NCBI GenBank assembly: GCA_964016885.1 | Contig: OZ024743.1 | Span: 178,436,001 to 178,500,000, forward strand | Length of the DNA stretch: 64,000 nt | From: Eledone cirrhosa | Lineage: Eukaryota | Direction: 5' to 3' | In this document: positions 10,201-27,375 of the stretch, one piece after another | How the letters are laid out: the number at the start of each line of letters is the position of its first letter | Numbering within the stretch: the first letter of the stretch is position 1 | Program-made: the position numbers and the translations under genes | Notes under the pieces: model-generated | The model's database searches: none | Told to the model about the DNA's origin: nothing | Seen by the model: only the letters and a program-made list of their open reading frames with translations

Positions 10201-11139
10201 ACCACAACGTTATGATCGTAAGTCCAACACACCATGACATTATGATCATAAGTCCAAAACACCATGACATAATGACCGTAAGTCTAACAAACCACGACAT
10301 AATGGTCGAAATTCCAACACACCACACCATTATCCTCGTAGGCCCAACACACCACACCATTATGATCGTAGGCCCAACATACCACAACATTATGATCGTA
10401 AGTCTAACACACGACACCATTATGATCGTAAGTCCAACACACCACGACATAATGATCGTCGGTCTAACACACCACGACATAATGATCGTCGGTCTAACAC
10501 ACCACGACATTATGATCGTAAGTGCAACACACCACACCATTATGATCGTAGGTCCAATACCCCTCGACATAATGACCGTAAGTACAACACACCGCTCCAA
10601 TATGATAGTAAGTCCAACACATCACACCATTATGATCGTAGGTCAAACACACCACCACATAATGACCGTAAGTCAAACACACCACACCATTATGATTGTC
10701 TGTCCAACACACCACGGCATAATGACCGTAAGTCCAACAGACCATGACATTATGATCGTAAATCCAACACACTATGAAATTATGACCGTATGTCTAACAC
10801 AATTGACATAATGACCGTAAGTCCAACACACCATGACAAAATTATCGTAAGTCCAACACACCATGACATTATTATCTTAAGTCCAACACACCACACCATT
10901 ATGATCGTAAGTCCAACACACCACGACATAATCATCGTAAGTCCAACACACCACGACATTATGACCGTAAGCCCAATACAACATGACATAATGACGGCAA
11001 GTCCTGCACGCCGTGACATAATGATTGTAAGTCCAACACACCATGACACTGTGATCCTAAGTCCAACACACCAGGACATAATGATCCTAAGTCTAACACA
11101 CCACGATATAATGATCGTAAGTCCAACACACCACACCAT

Positions 11140-14100
11140 TATGATCGTAAGTTTAACAAACGACACCATTATTATCGTACGTCCAACAGACCATGTACAT
11201 TATGATCGTAAGTCTAACGCACCATGACATAATGATCGTAAGTCCAACACACCACGACATAATGATCATAAGTGCAACATACTACTCCGTTATGATCGTA
11301 AGTCCAACACACCACTCCATTATGATCGTAAGTCCAACACACCATGGAATTATGACCGTAAGTCTAACACAATTGACATAATGACCGTAAGTCCAACACA
11401 CCATGAAGTAATTATCGTAAATCCAACACACCATGACATTGTGATCCTAAGTCCAACACACCATGACATTATGACCGTAAGTCCAACACACCACGACATA
11501 ATGATCGGAGGTCTAACACACCTCACCATTATGACCGTAAGTCCAACAAAGCATGACATTATGACCGTAAATCTAACACACTTTGAACTAATGACCGTAA
11601 GTGCAACACACGATGACATAATGAGCGTAAGTCCAACACACCATGATGTTATGATCGTAAGTCTAACAGACCATGACATGATGACCGTAAGTCTAACAAA
11701 CCGTGACATAATGATCGAAAGTCCAACACACCTAAACGTTATGATCGTAAGTCCACCAAACATCGGCATAATGATCTTATGTCCAACACACCACACCATT
11801 ATGATAGTAAGTCCAACACACCATGACATAATGAACGTAAGACCAACACACCACACAATTATCATCGTAAGTTCAACACACAACGACATTAAGATCGTAG
11901 GTCCAAGACACCACACCATTATGAGTATAGGTCCAACACCCCTCGACATAATGATCGTAAGTCCAACACACCGCACCATTATGATTGTAGGTCAAACACA
12001 CCACCACATATTGGTCGTGAGTCCAACAACCACGACATAACGATCGTAAGTCCAACACACCACACCATAATGATGTAAGTCTAACACACCTTGACATAAT
12101 GAGAGTAAGTCCAACACACCATGACATTATGACTACAAGTCCAACACACCACGACATTATGACTGTAACTCCAACACACCACACCATTATGATCCTAAGT
12201 CCAACACACCATGACATTATGATGGTCTTAAGTCCAACACACCACACAATTATACCATTATGATCGTAAGTCCAACACGCCACACCATTATGATCGTAAG
12301 TCCAACACACCACACCATAATAATCGTAAGTCCAACACACCACACCCCATTATTCGTAAGGCCAACACACCACACCATTATGACCGTAAGTCCAACACAC
12401 CATGACATAATGAACGTAAGTCCAAAACAACACGACATAATGATCGTAAGTCAAACACACCGCGACATAATGATCGTAAGTCAAACACACCACGACATAA
12501 TGATCGTAAGTCAAACACACCATGACATTATGATCGTAAGTCCTACACAGCACACCATTATGATCGTAAATCTAACAGACGGAACAATTATGATCGTAAG
12601 TCCCACACACCATGACATAATGATCGTAAGTCTAACACACCACGATATAATGATCGTAAGTCCAACACACCATTATCATCGTAAGTCAAACACACCAGGA
12701 CATAATGATCCTAAGTCTAACACACCACGATATGATCGTAAGTTTAACAAACGACACCATTATTATCGTACGTCCAACACACCATGTACATTATGATCGT
12801 AAGTCTAACGCACCATGACATAATGATCGTAAGTCCAACACACCGCGACATAATGATCATAAATGCAACATACTAATCCATTATGATCGTAAGTCCAACA
12901 CACCACTCCATTATGATCGTAAGTCCAACACACCATGGAATTATGACCGTAAGTCTAACACAATTGACATAATGACCGTAAGTCCAACACACCATGAAGT
13001 AATTATCGTAAATCCAACACACCATGACATTGTGATCCTAAGTCCAACACACCATGACATTATGACCGTAAGTCCAACACACCACCACATAATGATCGGA
13101 GGTCTAACACACCTCACCATTATGACCGTAAGTCCAACAAAGCATGACATTATGACCGTAAATCTAACACACTTTGAACTAATGACCGTAAGTGCAACAC
13201 ACGATGACATAATGAGCGTAAGTCCAACACACCATGATGTTATGATCGTAAGTCTAACAGACCATGACATGATGACCGTAAGTCTAACAAACCGTGACAT
13301 AATGATCGAAAGTCCAACACACCTAAACGTTATGATCGTAAGTACACCAAACATCGGCATAATGATCTTATGTCCAACACACCACACCATTATGATAGTA
13401 ACTCCAACACACCATGACATAATGAACGTAAGACCAACACACCACACAATTATCATCGTAAGTTCAACACACCACGACATTAAGATCGTAGGTCCAAGAC
13501 ACCACACCATCATGAGTATAGGTCCAACACCCCTCGACATAATGATCGTAAGTCCAACACACCGCACCATTATGATTGTAGGTCAAACACACCACCACAT
13601 ATTGGTCGTGAGTCCAACAACCACGACATAACGATCGTAAGTCCAACACACCACACCATAATGATGTAAGTCTAACACACCTTGACATAATGACAGTAAG
13701 TCCAACACACCGTGACATTATGACTACAAGTCCAACACACCACGACATTATGACTGTAACTCCAACACACCACACCATTATGATCCTAAGTCCAACACAC
13801 CATGACATTATGATGTTCTTAAGTCCAACACACCACACAATTATACCATTATGATCGTAAGTCCAACACGCCACACCATTATGATCGTAAGTCCAACACA
13901 CCACACCATAATAATCGTAAGTCCAACACACCACACCCCATATTTCGTAAGGCCAACACACCACACCATTATGACCGTAAGTCCAACACACCATGACATA
14001 ATGAACGTAAGTCCAAAACAACACGACATAATGATCGTAAGTCAAACACACCACGACATAATGATCGTAAGTCAAACACACCATGACATTATAATCGTAA

Positions 14101-14250
14101 GTCCTACACAGCACACCATTATGATCGTAAATCTAACAGACGGAACAATTATGATCGTAAGTCCCACACACCATGACATAATGATCGTAAGTCTAACACA
14201 CCACGATATAATGATCGTAAGTCCAACACACCACACCATTATCATCGTAA
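11140..14250. repeat. 1,591-bp tandem block duplication within the satellite (boundaries approximate)
   Basis: Near-identical ORFs at 11381/12972 and 12260/13851, both offset 1,591. Confidence 0.88.
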
Positions 14251-14871
14251 GTCCCACACACCATGACATAATGATCGTAAGTTCAACACATAACACCATT
14301 ATCATCGTAAGTCAAACACACCACGACATAATGATCGTAAGTCAAATACAACACGACATAATGATCGTAAGTCCAACACACCATGACATTATGATCGTAA
14401 GTCCAAACCACCATGACATTATGACCGTAAGTCTAACACACATTGACTTAATGACCGTAAGTCTAACACACCACGACGTTATGATCCTAAGTCAAACACA
14501 CCATGACATTATGATCGTAAGTCCAACACACCACGGCATGTTGACCGTAAGTCCACACACCACGATATTATGACCGTAAGTCCAATACACCATGACATTA
14601 TGACCGCAAGTCCAACACACCATGATATTGTGATCCTAAGTCCAACGCACCACGACATTATGATCCTAAGTCCAACACACCATGACATTATGACCATAAG
14701 TCCAACACACCACGACATAATGATCGTAAGTCCAACACACCACCACATAATGATCGTAAGTCTAACACACCACACCATTATGATCGTAAGTCCAACACAC
14801 CACGACATAATGATCGTAATTCCAACACACCACGACATAATGATCTTATGTCAAACACACCAAGACATAAT

Positions 14872-15048
14872 TGATTCTACTTTAGGCACAAAGCCAGCTA
14901 TTACCCAGAGCATTACTAGTACTTTATTTTATCGACCCCGTAAGGATGAAAGGCAAAGTCAACCTGCGCGGGATTTGAACTCAGATCGTAAAGGGAAGTA
15001 ACTATGCTGGAAAGCATGGCGTCCGACCCCCTACAGTTATTGCCAATC
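14872..15048 (-). mobile_element. Satellite-embedded SINE family A, copy 1 of 12
   Basis: 177-bp insert TGATTCTACTTTAGGCACA..TTTATTTTATCGACCCCGTAAGGATGAAAGGCAAAGTCAACC..GGATTTGAACTC..TTGCCAATC, flanked by CACACCAAGACATA on both sides. Confidence 0.92.
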
Positions 15049-18000
15049 CACACCAAGACATACTGATCGTAAGTCCAAACACCACACCATTATGATCGTA
15101 AGTCCAACACACCACACCATTATGATCGTAAATCTAACAGACGACACAATTATGATCGTAAGTCCCACACACCATGACATAATGATCGTAAGTTCAACAC
15201 ATAACACCATTATCATCGTAAGTCAAACACACCACGACATAATGATCGTAAGTCAAACACAACACGACATAGTGATCGTAAGTCAAACACACCATGACAT
15301 TATGATCGTAAGTCCAACACACCATGACATTATGATCGTAAGACCAAACCACCATGACATTATCACCGTAAGTCTAACACACATTGACATAATGACCGTA
15401 AGTCCAACACACCATGACATTGTGATCCTAAGTCCAACACACCACGACGTTATGATCCTAAGTCAAACACACCATGACATTATGATCGTAAGTCCAACAC
15501 ACCACGGCATGTTGACCGTAAGTCCACACACCACGATATTATGACCGTAAGTCCAACACACCATGACATTGTGATCCTAACTCTAACACACCACGACATT
15601 ATGATCCTAAGTCTAACACACCTTGACATAATGACCGTAAGTCCAACATACCATGTCATAATGATCGTAAGTCCAACACACCATGACGTTGTGATCCTAA
15701 GTCCAACACACCACGACATTATGTTCCTATGTCCAACACACCACGACATAATGATCGTAAGTCTAACACACCACACCATTATGATCGTAAGTCCAACACA
15801 CCACACCATAATGATCGTAAGTCCAACACACCACATCATTATGATCGTAAGTCAAACACACCACACCATTAGGATCGTCGGTCCAACACACCACGACATT
15901 ATGTTCGTACGTCCAACACCCCACGACATTATGATCGTAAGTCCTGCAAACCACACCATTATGACCGTAGGTCCAACGCACCATGACATAATAGGCGTAA
16001 TTCCAACACACCACACCATTATGATCGTAATTCCAACACACCACGACATTATAATAGTAAGTCCAACACACCACACTATTATGATCGTAAGTCCAACACA
16101 CCATGACATTATGATCTTCTTAAGTCCAACACACCATAACATTATGACCGTATGTCGAACACACCATGACATTATGTCCGCAAGTCTAGCACACCATGAC
16201 ATTATGACCGTAAGTCCAACACACCATGACATTATGACCGTAACTCCAACACACGACGACATTATGACCGTAAGTCCAACACACCACGACCTAATGATCG
16301 TAATCCAACACACCACACCATTATGATCGTAATTCCAACACACCACGACATTATAATCGTATGTCCAACACACCACACCATTATGATCGTAAGTCCAACA
16401 CACCATGACATTATGATCTTCTTAAGTCCAACACACCATAACATTATGACCGTATGTCCAACACACCATGACATTATGACCGCAAGTCTAATATACCATG
16501 ACATATGACCGTAAGTCCAACACACCATGACATTATGACCGTTACTCCAACACACGACGACATTATGACCGTAAGTCCAACACACCACGACCTAATGATC
16601 GTAAGTCCAACACACCACACCATAATGATCGTAAGTCCAACACACCACACCATTATGATCGTCGGTCCAACACACCACGACATTATGTTCGTAGGTCCAA
16701 CACCCCACGACATTATGATCGTAAGTCCAACACACCACACCATTATGATTCTCGGTCCAACACACCACGACATTATGATAGTAAGTCCAACGCGCGACAC
16801 CATTATGATCGTAAGTCCAACACACCATGACATTATGATCTTCTTAAGTCCAACACACCATGACATTATGACCGCAAGTCTAACACACCGTGACATTATG
16901 ACCGTAAGTCCAACACACCACGGCATAAGGATCGTAAGTCCAACACACCACACCATAATGATCGTAAGTCAAACACACCACACCATTATGACCGTAGGTC
17001 CAACACACCACGACAGAATGATCGTAAGTCCAATACACCACACCATAATGATCGCAAGTCCAACACCCCACGACATTATGATCGTAAGGCCAATACACAA
17101 CACCATTATGACCGTAAGTCTAACACACAATGATATTATGATCGTAAGACTAAGACACCATGACATAATGATCCTAAGTCCAACACACCATGACATAATG
17201 ACCGTACGTCCAACACACCACACCATTATGATCGTAAGTCCAACACACCAAGACATTATGATCTTCTTTAGTCCAACACACCATAACATTATGACCGTAT
17301 GTCCAACACACCATGACATTATGACCGTAAGTCCAACACACGATGACATAATGACCGTAAGTCAATCACACCACACCATTATGATCGTAAGTCCAACACA
17401 CCACACCATTATGATCGTAAGTCCAGCACACCACGACATAATGATCGTAAGTAAGACACACCATGACATTATGATCGTACCTCCAACACACCACGGCATA
17501 ATGATCGTAACTCCAACACACCTTGACATAATGATCGTAAGTCCAACGGACCATGACAATATGACCGCAAGTTTAACACACCATGACATTATGATCTTAT
17601 TAAGTCATACAACATAACATAATGATCGCAAGTCTAACACACCATGACATGATGATCGTAAGTCCAACACACCACACCATTATGATCGTAGGCCCAACAC
17701 ACCACACCATTATGATCGTAAGTCTAACACACGACACCATTATGATCGTAAGTCCAACACACCACGACATAATTATCGTAAGTCAAACAAACCATGACAT
17801 TATGATCGTAGGTCCAACACACCAAGGCATAATGACCGTAAGTCCAACAGACCATGACATTATGATCGTAAATCCAACACACTATGAAATTATGACCGTA
17901 TGTCTAACACAATTGACATAATGACCGTAAGTCCAGCACACCATGACAAAATTATCGTAAGTCCAATACACCATGACATTATTATCTTAAGTCCAACACA

Positions 18001-21000
18001 CCACACCATTATGATCGTAAGTCCAACACACCACGACATAATCATCGTAAGTCCAACACACCACGACATTATGACCGTAAGCCCAATACAACATGACATA
18101 ATGACGGCAAGTCCTGCACGCCGTGACATAATGATTGTAAGTCCAACACACCATGACACTGTGATCCTAAGTCCAACACACCAGGACATAATGATCCTAA
18201 GTCTAACACACCACGATATAATGATCGTAAGTCCAACACACCACACCATTATGATCGTAAGTTTAACAAACGACACCATTATTATCGTACGTCCAACACA
18301 CCATGTACATTATGATCGTAAGTCTAACGCACCATGACATAATGATCGTAAGTCCAACACACCACGACATAATGATCATAAGTGCAACATACTACTCCAT
18401 TATGATCGTAAGTCCAACACACCACACCATTATGGTCGTCGGTCCACCACACCACGACATTATGTTCGTAGGTCCAACACCCCACGACATTATGATCGTA
18501 AGTCCAACACACCACACCGTTATGATTCTCGGTCCAACACACCACGACATTATGATCGTAAGTCCAACGCGCGACACCATTATGATCGTAAGTCCAACAC
18601 ACCATGACATTATGATCTTCTTAAGTCCAACACACCATGACATTATGACCGCAAGTCTAACACACCATGACATTATGACCGTAAGTCCAACACACCACGG
18701 CATAAGGATCGTAAGTCCAACACACCACACCATAATGATCGTAAGTCAAACACACCACACCATTATGACCGTAGGTCCAACACACCACGACAGAATGATC
18801 GTAAGTCCAATACACCACACCATAATGATCGCAAGTCCAACACCCCACGACATTATGATCGTAAGGCCAATACACAACACCATTATGAGCGTAAGTCTAA
18901 CACACAATGATATTATGATCGTAAGACTAACACACCATGACATAATGATCCTAAGTCCAACACACCATGACATAATGACCGTACGTCCAACACACCACAC
19001 CATTATGATCGTAAGTCCAACACACCAAGACATTATGACCGTAAGTCCAACACACGATGACATAATGACCGTAAGTCAATCACACCACACCATTATGATC
19101 GTAAGTCCAACACACCACACCATTATGATCGTAAGTCCAGCACACCACGACATAATGATCGTAAGTAAGACACACCATGACATTATGATCGTAACTCCAA
19201 CACACCACGGCATAATGATCGTAACTCCAACACACCACGGCATAATGATCGTAAGTCCAACGGACCATGACAATATGACCGCAAGTTTAACACACCATGA
19301 CATTATGATCTTATTAAGTCCAACACACCATGACATTATGAGCGTATGTCCAACACACCATGACATTATGACCGCAAGTCCAACACACCACACCAATATG
19401 ATCGTAAGTCTAACACACCATGACATTAAGATCGTAAGACTAACACACCATGACATAATGACCGTACGTCCAACACACCACACCATTATGATCGTAAGTC
19501 CAACACACCAAGACATTATGATCTTCTTTAGTCCAACACACCATAACATTATGACTGTTTGTCGAACACAACATGACATTATGAGCGCAAGTCCAACACA
19601 CCATGACATTATGACCGCAAGACCAACACACCACGACATTATGACCGTATGCCCAACACACCATGACATTATGCCCGCAAGTCTAACACACCATGACATT
19701 ATGACCGTAAGTCCAACACACGATGACATAATGACCGTAAGTCCAAATCACCACACCATTATGATCGTAAGTCCAGCACACCACGACATAATGATCGTAA
19801 GTAAAACACACCATGACATTATGATCGTAAGTAAAACACACCATGACATTATGATCGTAACTCCAAGACAGCACGGCATAATGATCGTAAGTCCAACACA
19901 CCATAACATTATAACCGTATGTCCAACACACCATGACATTATGACCTCAAGTCTAAGACACCACGACATTATAATTGTAAGTCTAACACACCATGACATA
20001 ATGACCGTACGTCCAACACACCATGGCAATGTGATCCTAAGTCCAACACACCACGACATTATGTTCCTATGTCCAACACACCACGACATAATGATCGTAA
20101 GTCTAACACACCACACCATTATGATCGTAAGTCCAACACACCACACCATAATGATCGTAAGTCCAACACACCACATCATTATGATCGTAAGTCAAACACA
20201 CCACACCATTAGGATCGTCGGTCCAACACACCACGACATTATGTTCGTACGTCCAACACCCCACGACATTATGATCGTAAGTCCTGCAAACCACACCATT
20301 ATGACCGTAGGTCCAACGCACCATGACATAATAGGCGTAATTCCAACACACCACACCATTATGATCGTAATTCCAACACACCACGACATTATAATAGTAA
20401 GTCCAACACACCACACTATTATGATCGTAAGTCCAACACACCATGACATTATGATCTTCTTAAGTCCAACACACCATAACATTATGACCGTATGTCGAAC
20501 ACACCATGACATTATGTCCGCAAGTCTAGCACACCATGACATTATGACCGTAAGTCCAACACACCATGACATTATGACCGTAACTCCAACACACGACGAC
20601 ATTATGACCGTAAGTCCAACACACCACGACCTAATGATCGTAATCCAACACACCACACCATTATGATCGTAATTCCAACACATCACGACATTATAATCGT
20701 ATGTCCAACACACCACACCATTATGATCGTAAGTCCAACACACCATGACATTATGATCTTCTTAAGTCCAACACACCATAACATTATGACCGTATGTCCG
20801 ACACACCATGACATTATGACCGCAAGTCTAATATACCATGACATATGACCGTAAGTCCAACACACCATGACATTATGACCGTGACTCCAACACACGACGA
20901 CATTATGACCGTAAGTCCAACACACCACGACCTAATGATCGTAAGTCCAACACACCACACCATAATGATCGTAAGTCCAACACACCACACCATTATGATC

Positions 21001-24000
21001 GTCGGTCCACCACACCACGACATTATGTTCGTAGGTCCAACACCCCACGACATTATGATCGTAAGTCCAACACACCACACCATTATGATTCTCGGTCCAA
21101 CACACCACGACATTATGATCGTAAGTCCAATACACCACAGCATACTGATCGCAAGTCCAACACCCCACGACATTATGATCGTAAGGCCAATACACAACAC
21201 CATTATGACCGTAGGTCTAACACACAATGATATTATGATCGTAAGACTAACACACCTTGACATAATGATCCTAAGTCCAACACACCATGACATAATGACC
21301 GTACGTCCAACACACCACACCATTATGATCGTAAGTCCAACACACCAAGACATTATGATCTTCTTTAGTCCAACACACCATAACATTATGACCGTATGTC
21401 CAACACACCATGACATTATGACCGTAAGTCCAACACACGATGACATAATGACCGTAAGTCAATCACACCACACCATTATGATCGTAAGTCCAACACACCA
21501 CACCATTATGATCGTAAGTCCAGCACACCACGACATAATGATCGTAAGTAAGACACACCATGACATTATGATCGTAACTCCAACACACCATGGCATAATG
21601 ATCGTAACTCCAACACACCACGGCATAATGATCGTAAGTCCAACGGACCATGACAATATGACCGCAAGTTTAACACACCATGACATTATGATCTTATTAA
21701 GTCCAACACACCATGACATTATGAGCGTATGTCCAACACACCATGACATTATGACCGCAAGTCCAACACACCACACCAATATGATCGTAAGTCTAACACA
21801 CCATGACATTAAGATCGTAAGACTAACACACCATGACATAATGACCGTACGTCCAACACACCACACCATTATGATCGTAAGTCCAACACACCAAGACATT
21901 ATGATCTTCTTTAGTCCAACACACCATAACATTATGACTGTTTGTCGAACACAACATGACATTATGACCGCAAGTCCAACACACCATGACATTATGACGG
22001 CAAGACCAACACACCACGACATTATGACCGTATGCCCAACACACCATGACATTATGCCCGCAAGTCTAACACACCATGACATTATGACCGTAATCCAACA
22101 CACGATGACATAATGACCGTAAGTCAAACAGACCACACCATTATGATTGTCTGTCCAACACACCACGACATTATGATCCTAAGTTCAACACACCACAACG
22201 TTATGATCGTAAGTCCAACACACCATGACATTATGATCATAAGTCCAAAACAACATGACATAATGACCGTAAGTCTAACAAACCACGACATAATGGTCGT
22301 AATTCCAACACACCACACCATTATGATCGTAGGCCCAACACACCACGACATAACGTTCGTAAGTCCTACACACCACACCATTATTATCGTAAGTCCAACA
22401 CACCACTCCATTATGATCGTGAGTCCAACACAACATGACATAATGATCGCAAGTCTAACACACCATGACATGATGATCGTAAGTCCAACACACCACACCA
22501 TTATGATCGTGGGCCCAACACACCACACCATTTTGATCGTAAGTCTAACACACGACACCATTATGATCGTAAGTCCAACACACCACGACATAATTATCGT
22601 AAGTCAAACAAACCATGACATTATGATCGTAGGTCCAAGACACCACGGCACAATGACCGTAAGTCCAACAGACCATGACATTATGATCGTAAATCCAACA
22701 CACTATGACATTATGACCGTATGTCTAACACAATTGACATAATGACCGTAAGTCCAACACACCATGACAAAATTATCGTAAGTCCAACACACCGTGACAT
22801 TATTATCTTAAGTCCAACACACCACACCATTATGATCGTAAGTCCAACACACCACGACATAATCATCGTAAGTCCAACACACCACGACATTATGACCGTA
22901 AGCCCAATACAACATGACATAATGACGGCAAGTCCTGCACGCCGTAACATAATGATTGTAAGTCCAACACACCATGACACTGTGATCCTAAGTCCAACAC
23001 ACCAGGACATAATGATCCTAAGTCTAACACACCACGATATAATGATCGTAAGTCCAACACACCACACCATTATGATCGTAAGTTTAACAAACGACACCAT
23101 TATTATCGTACGTCCAACACACCATGTACATTATGATCGTAAGTCTAACGCACCATGACATAATGATCGTAAGTCCAACACACCACGACATAATGATCAT
23201 AAGTGCAACATACTACTCCATTATGATCGTAAGTCCAACACACCACTCCATTATGATCGTAAGTCCAACACACCATGGAATTATGACCGTAAGTCTAACA
23301 CAATTGACATAATGACCGTAAGTCCAACACACCACACAATTATCATCGTAAGTTCAACACACCACGACATTAAGATCGTAGGTCCAAGACACCACACCAT
23401 TATGAGTATAGGTCCAACACCCCTCGACATAATGATCGTAAGTCCAACACACCGCACCAGTATGATTGTAGGTCAAACACACCACCACATATTGGTCGTG
23501 AGTCCAACAACCACGACATAACGATCGTAAGTCCAACACACCACACCATAATGATGTAAGTCTAACACACCTTGACATAATGACAGTAAGTCACACCATG
23601 ACATTATGACCACAAGTCCAACACACCACGACATTATGACTGTAACTCCAACACACCACACCATTATGATCCTATGTCCAACACACCATGACATTATGAT
23701 CTTCTTAAGTCCAACACACCACACCATTATACCATTATGATCGTAAGTCCAACATGCCACACCATTATGATCGTAAGTAAAACACACCACACCTTAATAA
23801 TCGTAAGTCCAACACACCACACCCCATTATTCGTAAGGCCAACACACCACACCATTATGACCGTAAGTCCAACACACCATGACATAATGAACGTAAGTCC
23901 AAAACACCAAGACATAATGATCGTAAGTCAAACACACCACGACATAATGATCGTAAGTCAAACACACCACGACATAATGATCGTAAGTCAAACACACCAT

Positions 24001-24638
24001 GACATTATGATCGTAAGTCCTACACACCACACCATTATGATCGTAAATCTAACAGACGACACAATTATGATCGTAAGTCCCAGACACCATGACATAATGA
24101 TCGTAAGTTCAACACATAACACCATTATCATCGTAAGTCAAACACACCACGACATAATGATCGTAAGTCAAACACAACACGACATAATGATCGTAAGTCC
24201 AACACACCATGACATTATGATCGTAAGTCCAAACCACCATGACATTATGACCGTAAGTCTAACACACATTGACATAATGACCGTAAGTCCAACACACCAT
24301 GACATTATGATCCTAAGTCTAACACACCACGACATTATGATCCTAAGTCTAACATACCTTGACATAATGACCGTAAGTCCAACATACCATGTCATAATGA
24401 TCGTAAGTCCAACACACCATGATATTGTGATCCTAAGTCCAACACACCACGACATTATGATCCTAAGTCCAACACACCATGACATCATGACCGTATGTCC
24501 AACGCACCACGACATAATGGTCGTAAGTCTAACACACCACACCATTATGATCGTAAGTCCAACACACCACGACATAATGATCGTAAGTCCAACACACCAC
24601 GACATAATGATCTTATGTCAAACACACCAAGACATAAT

Positions 24639-24815
24639 TGATTCTACTTTAGGCACAAGGCCAGCAATTACCCAGTGCATTACTGGTACTTTATTTTATC
24701 GACCCCGTAAGGATGAAAGGCAAAGTCAACCTGCGCGGGATTTGAATTCAGATCGTAAAGGGAAGTAACTATGCTGGAAAGCATGGCGTCCGACCCTCTA
24801 CCGATATTGCCAATC
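24639..24815 (-). mobile_element. Satellite-embedded SINE copy 2
   Basis: Same 177-bp insert with perfect 16-bp flanking duplication CACACCAAGACATAAT. Confidence 0.92.
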
Positions 24816-27198
24816 CACACCAAGACATAATGATCGTAAGTCCAACACACCACACCATTATGATCGTAAGTCCAACACACCATGACATTATGGTCTTCTT
24901 AAGTCCAACACACCACACCATTATACCATTATGCTCGTAAGTCCAACACACCACACCATTATGATCGTAAGTCCAACACACCATGACATTATGATCTTCT
25001 TAAGTCCAACACACCACACCGTTATACCATTATGATCGTAAGTCATACACACCATGAGATAGTGATCGTAAGTCTAAGACACCACCACATAATGATCGTA
25101 AGTCCAAAACACCACACCATTATGATCGTAAGTCCAACACACCACACCATAATGATCGTAAGTCAAACACACCACACCATAATGATCCTAAGTCCAACAC
25201 ACCACACGATTATGACCGTAAGTCCAACACACCATGACATAATGAACGTAAGTCCAAAACACCACGACATAATGATCGTAAGTCCAACACACCACGACAT
25301 AATGATCGTAAGTCGAATAGAGCACGACATAATGATCGTAAGTCAAACACACGATGACATTATGATCGTAAGTCAAACACACCACACCATTATGATCGTA
25401 GGCCCAACACACCACACCATTATGACCGTAAATCTAACAGACGACACCATTATGATCGTAAGTCCCACACACCATGACATTAATATGTCCTTAAGTCCAA
25501 CACACCACGACATAATTATCGTAAGTCAAACACACCATGACATTATGATCGTAAGTCCAACACACCATGACATTATGATCGTAAGTCCCACACACCATGA
25601 CATAATGAACGTAATTCCAAAACACCACGACATTATGATCGTAAGTCCAACACACCACGACATAATGATCGTAAGTCAAACACACCACGACATATGATCG
25701 TAAGTCCAACACACCACGACTTAATGATCGTAAGTCGAACACACCACGACATAATGATCGTAAGTCCAACACACCACACCATTATGATCGTAAGTCCAAC
25801 AGAACACGACTTAATGAACGTAAGTCGAACACACCACGACATAATGATCGTAAGTCCAACACACCACACCATTATGATCGTAACTCCAACACACCACACC
25901 ATAATGATCGTAAGTCCAACACACCACACCATTATGTCCGTAAGTCCAACACACCATGATATTATGACAGTAAGCCCAAAACACCACGACATAATGATCG
26001 TAAGTCCAACACACCACGACATAATGATCGTAAGTCAAACAAACCACGACATAATGATCGTACGTCAAACATACCATGACATTATGATCGTAAGTCCAGT
26101 ACACCACGACATAATGATCGTAAGTCAAACACACCACAACATAATGATCGTAAGTCCAACACACCACACCATTATGATCGTAAGTCCAACACGCCACACC
26201 CTTATGATCGTTAGTCCAACACACCATGAGATAATGATCGTAAGTCTAAGACATCACGACATAATGATCGTAAGTCCAACACGCCACACGCTTATGATCG
26301 TAAGTCTAATACACCATGAGATATTGATCGTAAGGCTAAGACATCACGACATAATGATCGTAAGTCCAAAACACAACACCAATATGATCGTAAGTCCAAC
26401 ACACCACACCATGATGATCGTAAGTCCACCACACCACACCATAATGATCGTAAGTCCAACACACAACACCATAATGATCGTAGCTCGAACACACCACGAC
26501 ATAATGATCGTAAGTCAAACACACGATGACGTTATGATCGTAAGTCCAACACACCACACCATTATGATCGTAGGCCCAACACACCACACCATTATGATCG
26601 TAAATCTAACAGACGACAACTTTATGATCGTAAGTCCCACACACCATGACATAATGATCGTAAGTTCAACACATAACAGCATTATCATCGTAAGTCAAAC
26701 GCACCATGACATTATTATCTTCTTAAGTCCAACACACCACGACATAATTATCGTAAGTCAAACACACCATGACATTATGATCGTAAGTCCAACACACCAT
26801 GACATTATGACCGTAAGTCTAACACACATTGACATAAGGACCGTAAGTCCAACACACCATGACATTACGACCGTAAGTCCAACACACCACGACATAATGA
26901 TCGTAAGTCCAACAGACCACGACATAATGATCGTAAGTCTAACACACCACACCATTATGATCGTAATTCCAACACACCACGACATAATGATCGTAAGTCT
27001 AACACACCTTGACATAATGATCGTAAGTCCAACACACCACGACTTAATGATCGTAAGTCGAACACACCACGACATAATGATCGTAAGTCTAACACACCAC
27101 ACCATTATGATCGTAAGTCCAACACACCACGACATAATGATCGTAAGTCCAACACACCACGACATAATGATCTTATGTCAAACACACCAAGACATAAT

Positions 27199-27375
27199 TG
27201 ATTCTACTTTAGGCACAAGGCCAGCAATTATCCAGTGCATTACTGGTACTTTATTTTATCGACCCCGTAAGGATGAAAGGCAAAGTCAACCTGCGCGGGA
27301 TTTGAATTCAGATCGTAAAGGGAAGTAACTATGCTGGAAAGCATGGCGTCCGACCCTCTACCGATATTGCCAATC
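27199..27375 (-). mobile_element. Satellite-embedded SINE copy 3
   Basis: Near-identical to copy 2, 2,560 bp downstream. Confidence 0.92.

Noticed and set aside
24639-24768. Conserved C-terminal domain DSTLGTRPAITQCITGTLFYRPRKDERQSQPARDLNSDRKGK on many ORFs
   Set aside because: It is the antisense translation of the embedded SINE.
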